Shown: one piece after another, positions 55,963 through 64,000 of the stretch
Numbering within the stretch: the stretch's first letter is position 1
Layout: every line of letters begins with the position of its first letter
Assembly: GCA_017937135.1 (NCBI GenBank)
Contig: JAGBEE010000012.1
Span: 11,250-75,249, forward strand
Length of the DNA: 64,000 bases
DNA from: Clostridia bacterium
Lineage (GTDB): Bacteria > Bacillota > Clostridia > Oscillospirales > CAG-272
Direction of reading: 5' to 3'
Notes under the pieces: generated by a model
The model's input: the letters and a program-made list of their open reading frames with translations, nothing else
Database searches by the model: none
What the model was told of the DNA's origin: nothing
Translations under genes and position numbers: made by a program

Positions 55963-57639
55963 TTAACAGTTAATTTTAAATTCAAAGTAGCTCTTGGGCT
56001 CGTTTACATCAATGGAAATAAGGTAAACGTCCTTAGACTCCTTAGCACTACCATCATCGTCGACCTTGACAACGTGTAAATCCTTTTCATATCGTGCACT
56101 AGCCAAGCTTTTATCAAATGTGATGCTTAAATTATCAATAATGATTTCACCATCGCTTATTTTTGGCTCCACATAAGAAACTAATCTTTCCGTAAAGGTA
56201 GCCTTGTTTTCAAATTCAAAGGAATCTCTAATTATAATAGAGCTTTCCAAGGGCTTAATTTGTCTTACAAGCTTTTTTAATTCCTTTACGTCATAAAGCT
56301 CTCTAAAATCAATCTCAAAAACGCCATTTTCGAGCTTGGTATAGGAGCGAGCTCCTCGAATATTAGCTTGATATTTTCCGTTTATTATTGGAACGTTATG
56401 ACTTTTTGAGGAGGGCTCAAGATATTTTTCGTATCTTATATCGGTAAAATAGTCCTTTGTATAAGGTCTTACTCCAATATCTATAAGCACCTGACGGTTA
56501 TCCTTAGACACAATAAATGAGCCAACGTCGTTGTGGTTATGACTCTCACCATTTGTACCGCCCTTAGCGCCAATGGCGTATTTTTCACTACGCTTTATAT
56601 ACCAACCCGCACTCTGCATGTAGCATTCACAAGGATATACGGCATCCTCGTCATAGCTTGGGTCATAGGCATCAATAAAAATAAGTGTGTTAATAAGTGG
56701 ATTTGTTGGCAATGCGTGCCTTTTTTTAGTTGGCATTATGTATTCATTCCCATACATCTTTTTTAAGGTGTACAAAAGAGCAGCGTCGGTTTTTACATCC
56801 ATAGGACAATCACCATAGCTTGTTAATACGTCAGTATCAAGCATTGTGTTTTGATAGAACATAGCTATCTTTTTTGTTTTTTCAAGCTTAAAATAATCGC
56901 GCTGACCATTTGTGTATTCACGAAGCGCAATCGCGTAAGCAAGGAAGGAAACAAAGCCATATCCCCAATATCCAGGGCCCTCTAAGCAAACCCCGTCATC
57001 AGGGAAGCCCTCATAATATTTACGCATATTTTCATCAAATCTTGGAAGGAGCTTGTCAAATTCCTTAGGAAAGACGAGCATAATTGTAATTCCAGTAAAG
57101 CCAGCGCAAACAGAGGTCCAGTTATTATATCTATCCTCCCAATGCCAAATTTGCTTTTTAAACGGATTTAAAATTCTGCGCCTTAGTTCAGTTTTTATTC
57201 TTTTTCTTAGCTGAGGATGAATTTTCTTACCAAGCAAATGATATATTAGAGCAATCGTGCTTCCAATAGTACAGGAGGTAAGGTCAAGCTCATAATAGTT
57301 TTCACTGTTTATATCAGGCACGTGTGCAGGTAACGCCCAAACGTACACACTGAGCATATCATAAAGGCAATCCTCAAGCTCGTGTATGTATTTTTCATCA
57401 CCGTAAATAAGAGACATATATGCAGTGCTAAGGAGCTTGTTAATATGCTCATTGTATGAGCTTTCATAAGCATTACGCTCGCCAATCTCGGCAAACATTC
57501 TGAATTTTGAGAACAAAAGTGTCTTTAATTCAACGTTACTTTTGTTGTAAAATTCAAGATACGCATCTCGTATTTCCTTGTATTTTTTTGACGTTTTATA
57601 CTCATTTAAAAACACAGGGTCAAGAAATTTATCAAACAT
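55963..57639 (-). CDS. Heparinase II/III-like protein (cytoplasmic, paralogue 2)
   Basis: 558 aa with no signal peptide. The C-terminal domain carries GESHNHNDVGSF (the HxHxD-type motif of Hepar_II_III). Collinear similarity to 57639-59339. Confidence 0.7.
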   Translation of the reverse strand: MFDKFLDPVFLNEYKTSKKYKEIRDAYLEFYNKSNVELKTLLFSKFRMFAEIGERNAYESSYNEHINKLLSTAYMSLIYGDEKYIHELEDCLYDMLSVYVWALPAHVPDINSENYYELDLTSCTIGSTIALIYHLLGKKIHPQLRKRIKTELRRRILNPFKKQIWHWEDRYNNWTSVCAGFTGITIMLVFPKEFDKLLPRFDENMRKYYEGFPDDGVCLEGPGYWGYGFVSFLAYAIALREYTNGQRDYFKLEKTKKIAMFYQNTMLDTDVLTSYGDCPMDVKTDAALLYTLKKMYGNEYIMPTKKRHALPTNPLINTLIFIDAYDPSYDEDAVYPCECYMQSAGWYIKRSEKYAIGAKGGTNGESHNHNDVGSFIVSKDNRQVLIDIGVRPYTKDYFTDIRYEKYLEPSSKSHNVPIINGKYQANIRGARSYTKLENGVFEIDFRELYDVKELKKLVRQIKPLESSIIIRDSFEFENKATFTERLVSYVEPKISDGEIIIDNLSITFDKSLASARYEKDLHVVKVDDDGSAKESKDVYLISIDVNEPKSYFEFKINC

Positions 57640-59339
57640 TATTCCACCTCAACTCTAAAGGAAAACTCGTTTTTAGGTTCATTTACGTTAATATCTGTTA
57701 AGTAAATATCAACACCCTTTTTCATGTTTCCGTCTTGGTCTAATTCTGTTGCGTGAACATCCTTTGAATAGCTTGCCTTAGCAAGAGCACCATTAAATTT
57801 GATAATAGCCTTGCCTATTTTGATAGTGTCCCCCTCTATTTTTGGTTCTATATAAGAAACTAATCTTTCTGTAAAGGTAGCATTACCATCAATTTCAAAT
57901 TTGTCAGTTATTGTAACACCATTTTCATCTGGTGCATATTCACGTGTAAGCTCTTTAAGCTCATTAATATCATAAGCAGCCTTGAAATCAACCTTGAATA
58001 TTCCGTTTTCATAATATGTTTTTGGATATGCCTCAGGAACATTTGCTTGATACTGTCCGTTGATTATTGGCACATTGTGTCCTCTTGAGGAGGTTTCAAG
58101 GAAGGTGTACCTTGTTGCACCTTCAAAATACTGTCTTGTATATGGACGTCCCCCCATATCAATTATAACCTGCTTGTTATCTATTGAGAAAATAAATGTA
58201 CCAACGTCGTTATGGTTATGACTTTCACCATTACAGCCTCCACGGGCAGAGAGACCATAATTCTTGGTTCTTTTAACAAACCAACCACAATCTCCCATAT
58301 AATAGGTTGCATTTTCTGAAATATCCTCAGAAACAAAGCTTATATCAAAATCAGTAAATGCTCTTAGCATAAACGGGAAATAGTGAGGCTCATATGCAAG
58401 TGCCTTTTTGGGTGGCAACTGAACATCATTTCCAAAAGATTTTTTCAAGCCAAACATAAAGCCGGCAGGAACACTAACATCGGTTCCAACTCCACAGTCA
58501 CCATAGTTTACAATTACATCCTTGTCCAAAAATAGCTTTTGGAGGAAGGTTGAAATGTTTCTAATCTTATCATTGTCAACCAAATTGTACTGACCATTTG
58601 TAAATTTCTTTTGCATCTTAGCGTATTCCATATAGTAGCCAAAGCCGTAGCTCCAATAGCCTGCGCCCTCTACGCAAACACCATCCTCCTTATATGAACG
58701 GATGTAATCAGCCATATTCTCGTTGAGTCTGTCTCTTGCAAGCTCAAAAAGCTCTGGGCGATTAAGCATAATAGTACAGCCAGTAGCACCAGAGCAAACA
58801 GCAGTCCAGTTGTTGGCTCTGTATTCCCAATGCCATCTTTTAGCAAAAAATGGTTTTACAAGTCTTCTGTCAATTTCATAATCAATTCTTGACTTTATCA
58901 AGGGATGGAGTCTGTCCTCAAGCACTGTCTTAATAATTGCAAGGGCCATTGCCATAGTAGTAGCATCGAGGTCAAGCTCGCAGTTGTTATTTTCATCAAT
59001 GTTCTCAATGTGAGCAGGAAGTGCCCAAACGTATTGGTCGCAAATTTCCCATATTGTATCCTGTAAAAGCTCTAAATAACCTTCGTTTTCAGGATAGAGA
59101 AGAGTCATAAATGCCATAGTGTACATTCTGTGCTGACGCTTAAAGAAGGTTTCTTGGTACGCAGTTCTATCACCCTTGTCCTTAAATAAACGGAACTTAG
59201 AAAATTTTGTTGTTTCTATTTCGCCAATACAGCATTTATTATAATCGACTAAAACAGCATCAATTATATGCTTGTATTCATCCTTGTTTTTTAATCCAGC
59301 CCAAAACTCTTTATTTGCAGCCTTTCCTAAAAGATTCAT
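57639..59339 (-). CDS. Heparinase II/III-like protein (cytoplasmic, paralogue 1)
   Basis: 566 aa with no signal peptide, the identical GESHNHNDVG motif, and shared blocks VWALPAH, SRGHNVPIINGQYQ and ATFTERLVSY. Its stop overlaps the next gene's start (TAATG). Confidence 0.7.
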   Translation of the reverse strand: MNLLGKAANKEFWAGLKNKDEYKHIIDAVLVDYNKCCIGEIETTKFSKFRLFKDKGDRTAYQETFFKRQHRMYTMAFMTLLYPENEGYLELLQDTIWEICDQYVWALPAHIENIDENNNCELDLDATTMAMALAIIKTVLEDRLHPLIKSRIDYEIDRRLVKPFFAKRWHWEYRANNWTAVCSGATGCTIMLNRPELFELARDRLNENMADYIRSYKEDGVCVEGAGYWSYGFGYYMEYAKMQKKFTNGQYNLVDNDKIRNISTFLQKLFLDKDVIVNYGDCGVGTDVSVPAGFMFGLKKSFGNDVQLPPKKALAYEPHYFPFMLRAFTDFDISFVSEDISENATYYMGDCGWFVKRTKNYGLSARGGCNGESHNHNDVGTFIFSIDNKQVIIDMGGRPYTRQYFEGATRYTFLETSSRGHNVPIINGQYQANVPEAYPKTYYENGIFKVDFKAAYDINELKELTREYAPDENGVTITDKFEIDGNATFTERLVSYIEPKIEGDTIKIGKAIIKFNGALAKASYSKDVHATELDQDGNMKKGVDIYLTDINVNEPKNEFSFRVEVE

Positions 59340-60136
59340 TTGTTTTTACCTCCCAATAATGAATATAAGGTTTCTGCTTCCTTAGAAAGTGAGGAAATTT
59401 CACCATCGTGCATAAATTCAAGGAAGCAAATGCGCTCCTTTTCATTACCATCACTTAGAACCTCTAAATAGCTTTGCCACTCTTTGACACCATCAGCTAA
59501 CGGATGCTTTGTGGAGTCCTTTTCCCAGTTAAAAACATGTACGTTTGAAACGTAGGGAATAAGGGCCTTTAACGCCTCTAAATTATATTCAAATGATTTC
59601 GAGTGATTAGGCTGCCAATAAAGTCTTAAATTATCGCAATTAACTGCCTTTATAAATTTAAGAGTATCGTGATAGTCATCTGTAAGGGTAGCAAAATGAC
59701 ATTCAATTGAAAGCGTTAAGCCGTATTTTTTTGCTTGGTTGCAAAGGTCACGTGTTAAGGAAACTGATTTGCAATATTGGTTTTGACACACGTAGGTGTC
59801 CTTTTTTCCCTTTTTACAGCCACAGCAGGGCCAGCCAAGCCAAACTCTAACAGTTTTAGCACCTAATGCCTTAGCTGTCTTTAAAACCTTTTTAAATGGT
59901 AGCGGTGGATGCTCTCCACAGTGGTAAATTAAGCCAAAATAAGAGCCGTAGGAAGCACTTTTTAAGCCAGCACCGTGCATTAAACGTCTCACCTTGCGAG
60001 CAAGCTTTACATTTCCCATAGGAATATGTACATCTCCACCCCATTCAATATATTCAAGGCCACTTTCCTTAGTCTTGCGTATGATTTCGCAAACATCAAG
60101 CTTGCGGAAGGAAATAGATACAAGTCCGCCTTTCAT
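59336..60136 (-). CDS. Sugar phosphate isomerase/epimerase (xylose-isomerase-like TIM barrel)
   Basis: 266 aa. AP_endonuc_2-like layout (GLEYIEWGG, TVRVW, LSIECH, LYWQPNH) with a Cys-rich insertion WPCCGCKKGKKDTYVCQNQYC. Confidence 0.72.
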   Translation of the reverse strand: MKGGLVSISFRKLDVCEIIRKTKESGLEYIEWGGDVHIPMGNVKLARKVRRLMHGAGLKSASYGSYFGLIYHCGEHPPLPFKKVLKTAKALGAKTVRVWLGWPCCGCKKGKKDTYVCQNQYCKSVSLTRDLCNQAKKYGLTLSIECHFATLTDDYHDTLKFIKAVNCDNLRLYWQPNHSKSFEYNLEALKALIPYVSNVHVFNWEKDSTKHPLADGVKEWQSYLEVLSDGNEKERICFLEFMHDGEISSLSKEAETLYSLLGGKNK

Positions 60137-60205
60137 AAAATCCTCCGAAAAACCTAAATCGGTAAAATGCTAAGCAAGCAAGGGAAAACCTTGCTTGCAA
60201 AAAAA

Positions 60206-62161
60206 TTAATAAATGTTTTTGTTTTCTCTGTAATCACGCCATACGTTTTCGAAAAATCCACCGCCCTCTGGCAAAGGACGTACAGGACGAGATGCGCCAC
60301 TGGCAACGCCATTTTCAAGAGTGATTTCAAAAACCTGCTCGTTAAGTGAGCCATCATCAAGCTCAAAACGGAAAATTTCCTCCATTTTTTCGGGCAAATC
60401 TCCATTTTGTGATGTGTAAATAGCAGAGCCCCTTGATTTGCCGCCAACGCTTACATAGTAATCCATAGCTGTTATGTATAGCTGCTGGGCTAAAAGAGCA
60501 TCTCTTAAACGGTAAGCAAGCCACAGCTTGTTTGGCTTGTCAATCTTGACAATTTTGTCAAAGCTATTTATTAGATTTGTGATTTCTTCTATTGTGTTAG
60601 CAAACTGTGAGGAGCTTCTTATAGGTCCTGCTACCTCATCCATTTTCTTTGTAAATTTATCAGTTATCTCGCTTACATTGTCGGTATTGCTTAAAATGCT
60701 TTTTGAAATATTTATGTGCTTCAAAACGGCATTTATAGACACTTGGTCGAATGTTTTTTCATCTGCCAAGTCATTTTCTATATGCTTAGAGATATATTGT
60801 GCTGCTCTTGTTGAGCCTACCTGACCTGCATTGAGTGCGCTTCCACCTGGGCGATAAACGCCGTGGCTACCTGCAACCTCACCACAAGCAAATAGATTTT
60901 TAACGTTTGTCTGCCACCACATATCAATATCAAGACCGCCATTATTGTGCTGTGCGCAAAGAGCAATCTCAAGCATTTCCTTTTCAAGGTCAACGCCCTT
61001 GGAAAGATATAAATCATAAGCTGGCATGTTCATAAACTGAAGTCTCTCTAATGGTGTGCCAAAGCAAGCATGTGCATTTTCAAGATACTCTCTCGCCTCG
61101 CTATCAAGCTTGTCATAGGGAAGAGAGTCCAAGTTGTAAGGATTCTTTCTAAAATCAAGATAAACACGCCTGCCCTTTAATACGCACTCACGGAATACGA
61201 GAAGGTCGATAATTGATGAGCCATTCATTACCTTTTTGCAGTCAAATGGCCATTCATAGCCCTTTCTAAATATCTTAGAGAGGCATGTGCCAATATCATC
61301 AAAATATTCATTTAAGAACTCATATTCATTTCCGTCCTTGTCAACCGAAACAAAGCGCGGAAGCACCTGCATATAAGTGCCAGAAACATTCCATCTTGGA
61401 GCAGTAGAGGCAAGACCATATTGCCACTCGGTAAGGTTTTTACCCTTAACACCTGCTTCAAAGGCAACGCCACTTGCACCGTGGTGACCTATAGGATAAA
61501 CAGTATTTGAGTATATTCCTGCAGGTCCGCCTGTTGCTATAATAGTGTTTTTAGAATTGAATAGAACAAAACGCTCGTTTTCATCGCTTGCAGCCTTGTT
61601 TAAACACAAAACTCCTACACAGGTGTCGCCGTTTTTGATAAATTCAATGATTTGTAGCTTGTCGAAAATTTTAATATCTCTTCGTTCAACCTCTTTTTCA
61701 AGACACTCTGTCATCATTTTTGAGGTTAAAGGACCAACGCTTGTAGCTCTTGCTCTTGGGTCGTGGTCTGTTTTATAACCAACATATTCGCCATAGCGGT
61801 TAACAGGGAATTCAACTCCAAGCTCGCAAAGATGCAAGAATGACATAACGGAGAGCGCTGCCTCGGCATAAGCAATATCACCATCAACGCATTTTCCGTT
61901 GAAGAAGTCCTGTGCCATAGCCTTTGGTGAGTCCGGATAATCAGCACACAAATTCATTTTATAATATGTTTGCTTATCAGAGCCTGTATTACGTGAGGTG
62001 CCCATTTTAACGCCCTCTGTAACAATAGCCACATCCTTCACTCCATAGTCATCAAGACGCAGAGCAGCATTATAGCCTGCAGCTCCTGTGCCTATAACAA
62101 GGGCATCAAGAGAAATTCTTTTTACGCTTATATCGTTTATTTTTAAAGTGGTTTCTATCAT
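60206..62161 (-). CDS. FAD-binding oxidoreductase of the fumarate reductase/succinate dehydrogenase/aspartate oxidase flavoprotein superfamily
   Basis: 651 aa with N-terminal DALVIGTGAAGYNAALRL and GEVAGSHGVYRPGGSALN near the FAD-closing region. Confidence 0.7.
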   Translation of the reverse strand: MIETTLKINDISVKRISLDALVIGTGAAGYNAALRLDDYGVKDVAIVTEGVKMGTSRNTGSDKQTYYKMNLCADYPDSPKAMAQDFFNGKCVDGDIAYAEAALSVMSFLHLCELGVEFPVNRYGEYVGYKTDHDPRARATSVGPLTSKMMTECLEKEVERRDIKIFDKLQIIEFIKNGDTCVGVLCLNKAASDENERFVLFNSKNTIIATGGPAGIYSNTVYPIGHHGASGVAFEAGVKGKNLTEWQYGLASTAPRWNVSGTYMQVLPRFVSVDKDGNEYEFLNEYFDDIGTCLSKIFRKGYEWPFDCKKVMNGSSIIDLLVFRECVLKGRRVYLDFRKNPYNLDSLPYDKLDSEAREYLENAHACFGTPLERLQFMNMPAYDLYLSKGVDLEKEMLEIALCAQHNNGGLDIDMWWQTNVKNLFACGEVAGSHGVYRPGGSALNAGQVGSTRAAQYISKHIENDLADEKTFDQVSINAVLKHINISKSILSNTDNVSEITDKFTKKMDEVAGPIRSSSQFANTIEEITNLINSFDKIVKIDKPNKLWLAYRLRDALLAQQLYITAMDYYVSVGGKSRGSAIYTSQNGDLPEKMEEIFRFELDDGSLNEQVFEITLENGVASGASRPVRPLPEGGGFFENVWRDYRENKNIY

Positions 62162-62173
62162 AATAACTCCAAA

Positions 62174-62929
62174 TTAAAGTCTTTGAATATGCATACCACC
62201 GTCAACTATAATTGATTGACCAGTAGTGTAGCCAAGTGCGCCAGATGAAAGAACGTAAATTGCATTTGCACAGTCCTCTGGAAGGCCCCAGCGTCCAAGA
62301 GGAACAAGACCACCTGCAATTAGGTTGTCGTATTTTTCCTTAACCTTTTCAGTCATACCTGTTGCGATAATACCTGGGCAAATTTCATTTACAGTAATAC
62401 CCTCGCTTGATAAACGGTCTGCAAACAATTTTGTAATCATAGTAGCCCCTGCCTTGGAAATGCAGTATTCGCCACGGCTTGTTGATGATGTATAAGCAGA
62501 GCAGGAGGATACATTTACTATATATCCCTTAATTCCATTTACCTTTTCTTGCTTAATCATTTCGTTAGCAACTAATTGAGTTAGGAAAAGAGTTCCCTTT
62601 GTGTTAATTCCCATAACAAAGTCATAGCTTTCCTCTGTCATTTCAAGAATATCAGCTCTTACTCTTGGAGCAACGCCTGCAACGTTAACAAGCACATCAA
62701 TTCTTCCATATGTATTAATTGCAGTATTAACAAGATTTAATCTGTCCGCGCCATTTGCCAAGTTTCCACTCACATATGTAACATCGGCCATATTAGCAAA
62801 TTTTTCAGCAGCCCTTTCCTTGTCAACAATGTCCATAGCTACAATAGAGTAGCCCTCCTTGTTAAATTTTTCAACGGTAGCATAGCCGATTCCGCCAACT
62901 GCACCTGTAATAATAGCAACCTTTTTCAT
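62174..62929 (-). CDS. SDR-family oxidoreductase (classical short-chain dehydrogenase)
   Basis: 251 aa with TGAVGGIG (TGxxxGxG), NVAG and catalytic YCISK (YxxxK). Confidence 0.88.
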   Translation of the reverse strand: MKKVAIITGAVGGIGYATVEKFNKEGYSIVAMDIVDKERAAEKFANMADVTYVSGNLANGADRLNLVNTAINTYGRIDVLVNVAGVAPRVRADILEMTEESYDFVMGINTKGTLFLTQLVANEMIKQEKVNGIKGYIVNVSSCSAYTSSTSRGEYCISKAGATMITKLFADRLSSEGITVNEICPGIIATGMTEKVKEKYDNLIAGGLVPLGRWGLPEDCANAIYVLSSGALGYTTGQSIIVDGGMHIQRL

Positions 62930-62943
62930 TTCTTACTCCTTTA

Positions 62944-64000
62944 TTATTCTTTTCCGAGAACAAATTTTTTATAAAGAGGCATATAAACCTCACCATCACG
63001 AATAACGCAACCGGGAGTGCCACCCTTGCATCTCATGATTTCAGTACATTTTCCACAGCAAATGCAAAGCTTTTTGGGGTCAAGATTTTTGCCCGAAACA
63101 ATATCATTTGCACACGAAGGATAAGCAAGAGTTTCTCTACCATATCCTGCAAAATCAAACTTGCCCTGATTAATATAGCCAGCGCAAACATTTGCACTAA
63201 CAGCACCGAGGAAGGAAATGCCCGATGAAATAACGGGTGTGCCCTTAATCTCACTAGCGATTTCAGAAATTCCGTCAAGCATTCTTTGAACACCAAACAA
63301 TGGGTGCTCTGGTGGGTCGTATTTGCCTTGAGCAAATGGACGATTTACGTGTGGATTAAAATATGGATTACCCATTGTCATATCTATTAAATCAATACCA
63401 TTTTCAACAAGCCTTTTAACAAGCATTTTTGATTCTGTATAGTCAGGAGTAATTCCACAGCCCTCTTTAACGGCAAAGCCATAAGGATATTCAAAGCCAT
63501 CGTAAACATTGAGCCTTGATGTGATTATAAAGTCGTTTCCCGTAAGCTTTTTAGCTTCCTTAACAGCACCGGTTAATAGCCTTGTACGATTTTCAAAGCT
63601 TCCACCATATTTTCCATCTCTGTTATAAGCAGAAAGAAGCTCACTTAATAAATATCTATGACAGCTCTTGATATCAGCACCATCAAAGCCAAGCCTTTTT
63701 GCTTCGACTGCACCATTTATAAGTGCTTCTTGAACAGTGTCAAGATAGCTGTCAGTAACTATTCTTGATTTATCAATAGGGTTATCCTTTTCAAAAATAG
63801 GGTTGTTGTACGCAATAAGTGGAGCAGGAGTGCCCTCGGGCTTGGAATATCTTCCCGAATGGGTGAGCTGAACTATTACAATAGGCTCAACTCCGTTTTC
63901 CTTAATTCCTGTTTCCTTAATATCGTTTACTATTTTAGCAAAGGAATCCTTGGTTTTGTCGGTTAAGTGCATTTGTCTTGGATTGGCACGACCCTCACCC
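62944..64000 (-). CDS. Old-yellow-enzyme-family NADH:flavin oxidoreductase with a C-terminal Cys cluster (5' end outside window)
   Basis: The frame stays open upstream of the listed ATG 63972 to the window edge (GEGRANPRQ-MHLTDK...). QLTHSGRYS motif, TIM-barrel length, and C-terminal CICCGKCTEIMRCKGGTPGC. Confidence 0.8.
   Translation of the reverse strand, partial: GEGRANPRQMHLTDKTKDSFAKIVNDIKETGIKENGVEPIVIVQLTHSGRYSKPEGTPAPLIAYNNPIFEKDNPIDKSRIVTDSYLDTVQEALINGAVEAKRLGFDGADIKSCHRYLLSELLSAYNRDGKYGGSFENRTRLLTGAVKEAKKLTGNDFIITSRLNVYDGFEYPYGFAVKEGCGITPDYTESKMLVKRLVENGIDLIDMTMGNPYFNPHVNRPFAQGKYDPPEHPLFGVQRMLDGISEIASEIKGTPVISSGISFLGAVSANVCAGYINQGKFDFAGYGRETLAYPSCANDIVSGKNLDPKKLCICCGKCTEIMRCKGGTPGCVIRDGEVYMPLYKKFVLGKE

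Noticed and set aside
60174-60198. Hairpin GCAAGCAAGG-GAAAA-CCTTGCTTGC between the flavoprotein and isomerase genes, considered as an internal terminator.
   Set aside because: On the transcribed (minus) strand the T-run precedes rather than follows the stem. It is more likely an mRNA processing or stability element, or without function.
1-64000. Searched all frames for transposases, integrases, recombinases, phage structural genes, toxin-antitoxin pairs, restriction-modification genes and known defence-system hallmarks (cas, Cyclase/TIR/SIR2, STAND NTPases, reverse transcriptase).
   Set aside because: None recognised. The only accessory-looking DNA is the AT-rich islet at 450-2330. The repeats R1 and R2 are non-coding.

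Overview
This 64-kb window reads like core chromosome of a low-GC Gram-positive anaerobe. The gene set looks Clostridia-like: spoVG, hslO, NiaR-linked nadABC, tex, and a NifU-like/GGGtGRT pair. I support about 50 CDS. I see no rRNA or tRNA genes, no CRISPR array, and no transposase, integrase, phage or recognisable defence genes in any frame.

Gene blocks in order:
- a C_GCAxxG_C_C-like gene fragment
- an AT-rich islet holding an orphan 327-aa gene, an XRE regulator, an AbrB-type regulator and a MATE exporter
- uvrB-uvrA-yjbR, hslO, a SAM methyltransferase and murC (minus strand)
- spoVG and hisS-aspS
- a DUF4186 gene plus a GIY-YIG gene
- nadA-nadB-nadC-niaR-HAD
- an FAD oxidoreductase, an ABC exporter, ribF and a secreted discoidin-like protein
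- Gfo/Idh/MocA, msmX-like ATPase, tex, two tandem PHP paralogues and rsuA (minus strand)
- the NifU-like plus GGGtGRT pair
- a lipase-like gene and a beta-lactamase-like hydrolase
- about 1 kb of AT-rich non-coding DNA, then tilS-ftsH
- a Cys-repeat lipoprotein
- an eight-gene aromatic amino-acid operon (pheA-aroB-aroC-aroE/K-aroQ-aroA-tyrA-DAHP synthase)
- a minus-strand operon of two cytoplasmic heparinase II/III-like paralogues, a TIM-barrel isomerase, an FrdA-like flavoprotein, an SDR and an OYE-family reductase, which runs off the window

The most unusual signal is in the intergenic DNA, not in the genes:
1. A roughly 380-bp element occurs twice in inverted orientation (16.0 kb and 47.3 kb). 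Its core is an 18-nt-periodic array of mini-hairpins with a constant AATGATGTT linker and covarying stems.
2. A related array with AATGAAA linkers sits directly after the GGGtGRT gene.
3. A roughly 257-bp convergent-terminator module is duplicated at 22.9 kb and 38.1 kb, and its first hairpin is reused at 28.3 kb.
4. A cluster of five TTTTCCAC/GTGGAAAA (DnaA-box-like) words forms a perfect 16-bp inverted repeat upstream of tilS.

All functional calls rest on motif recognition by eye. No database search was run.
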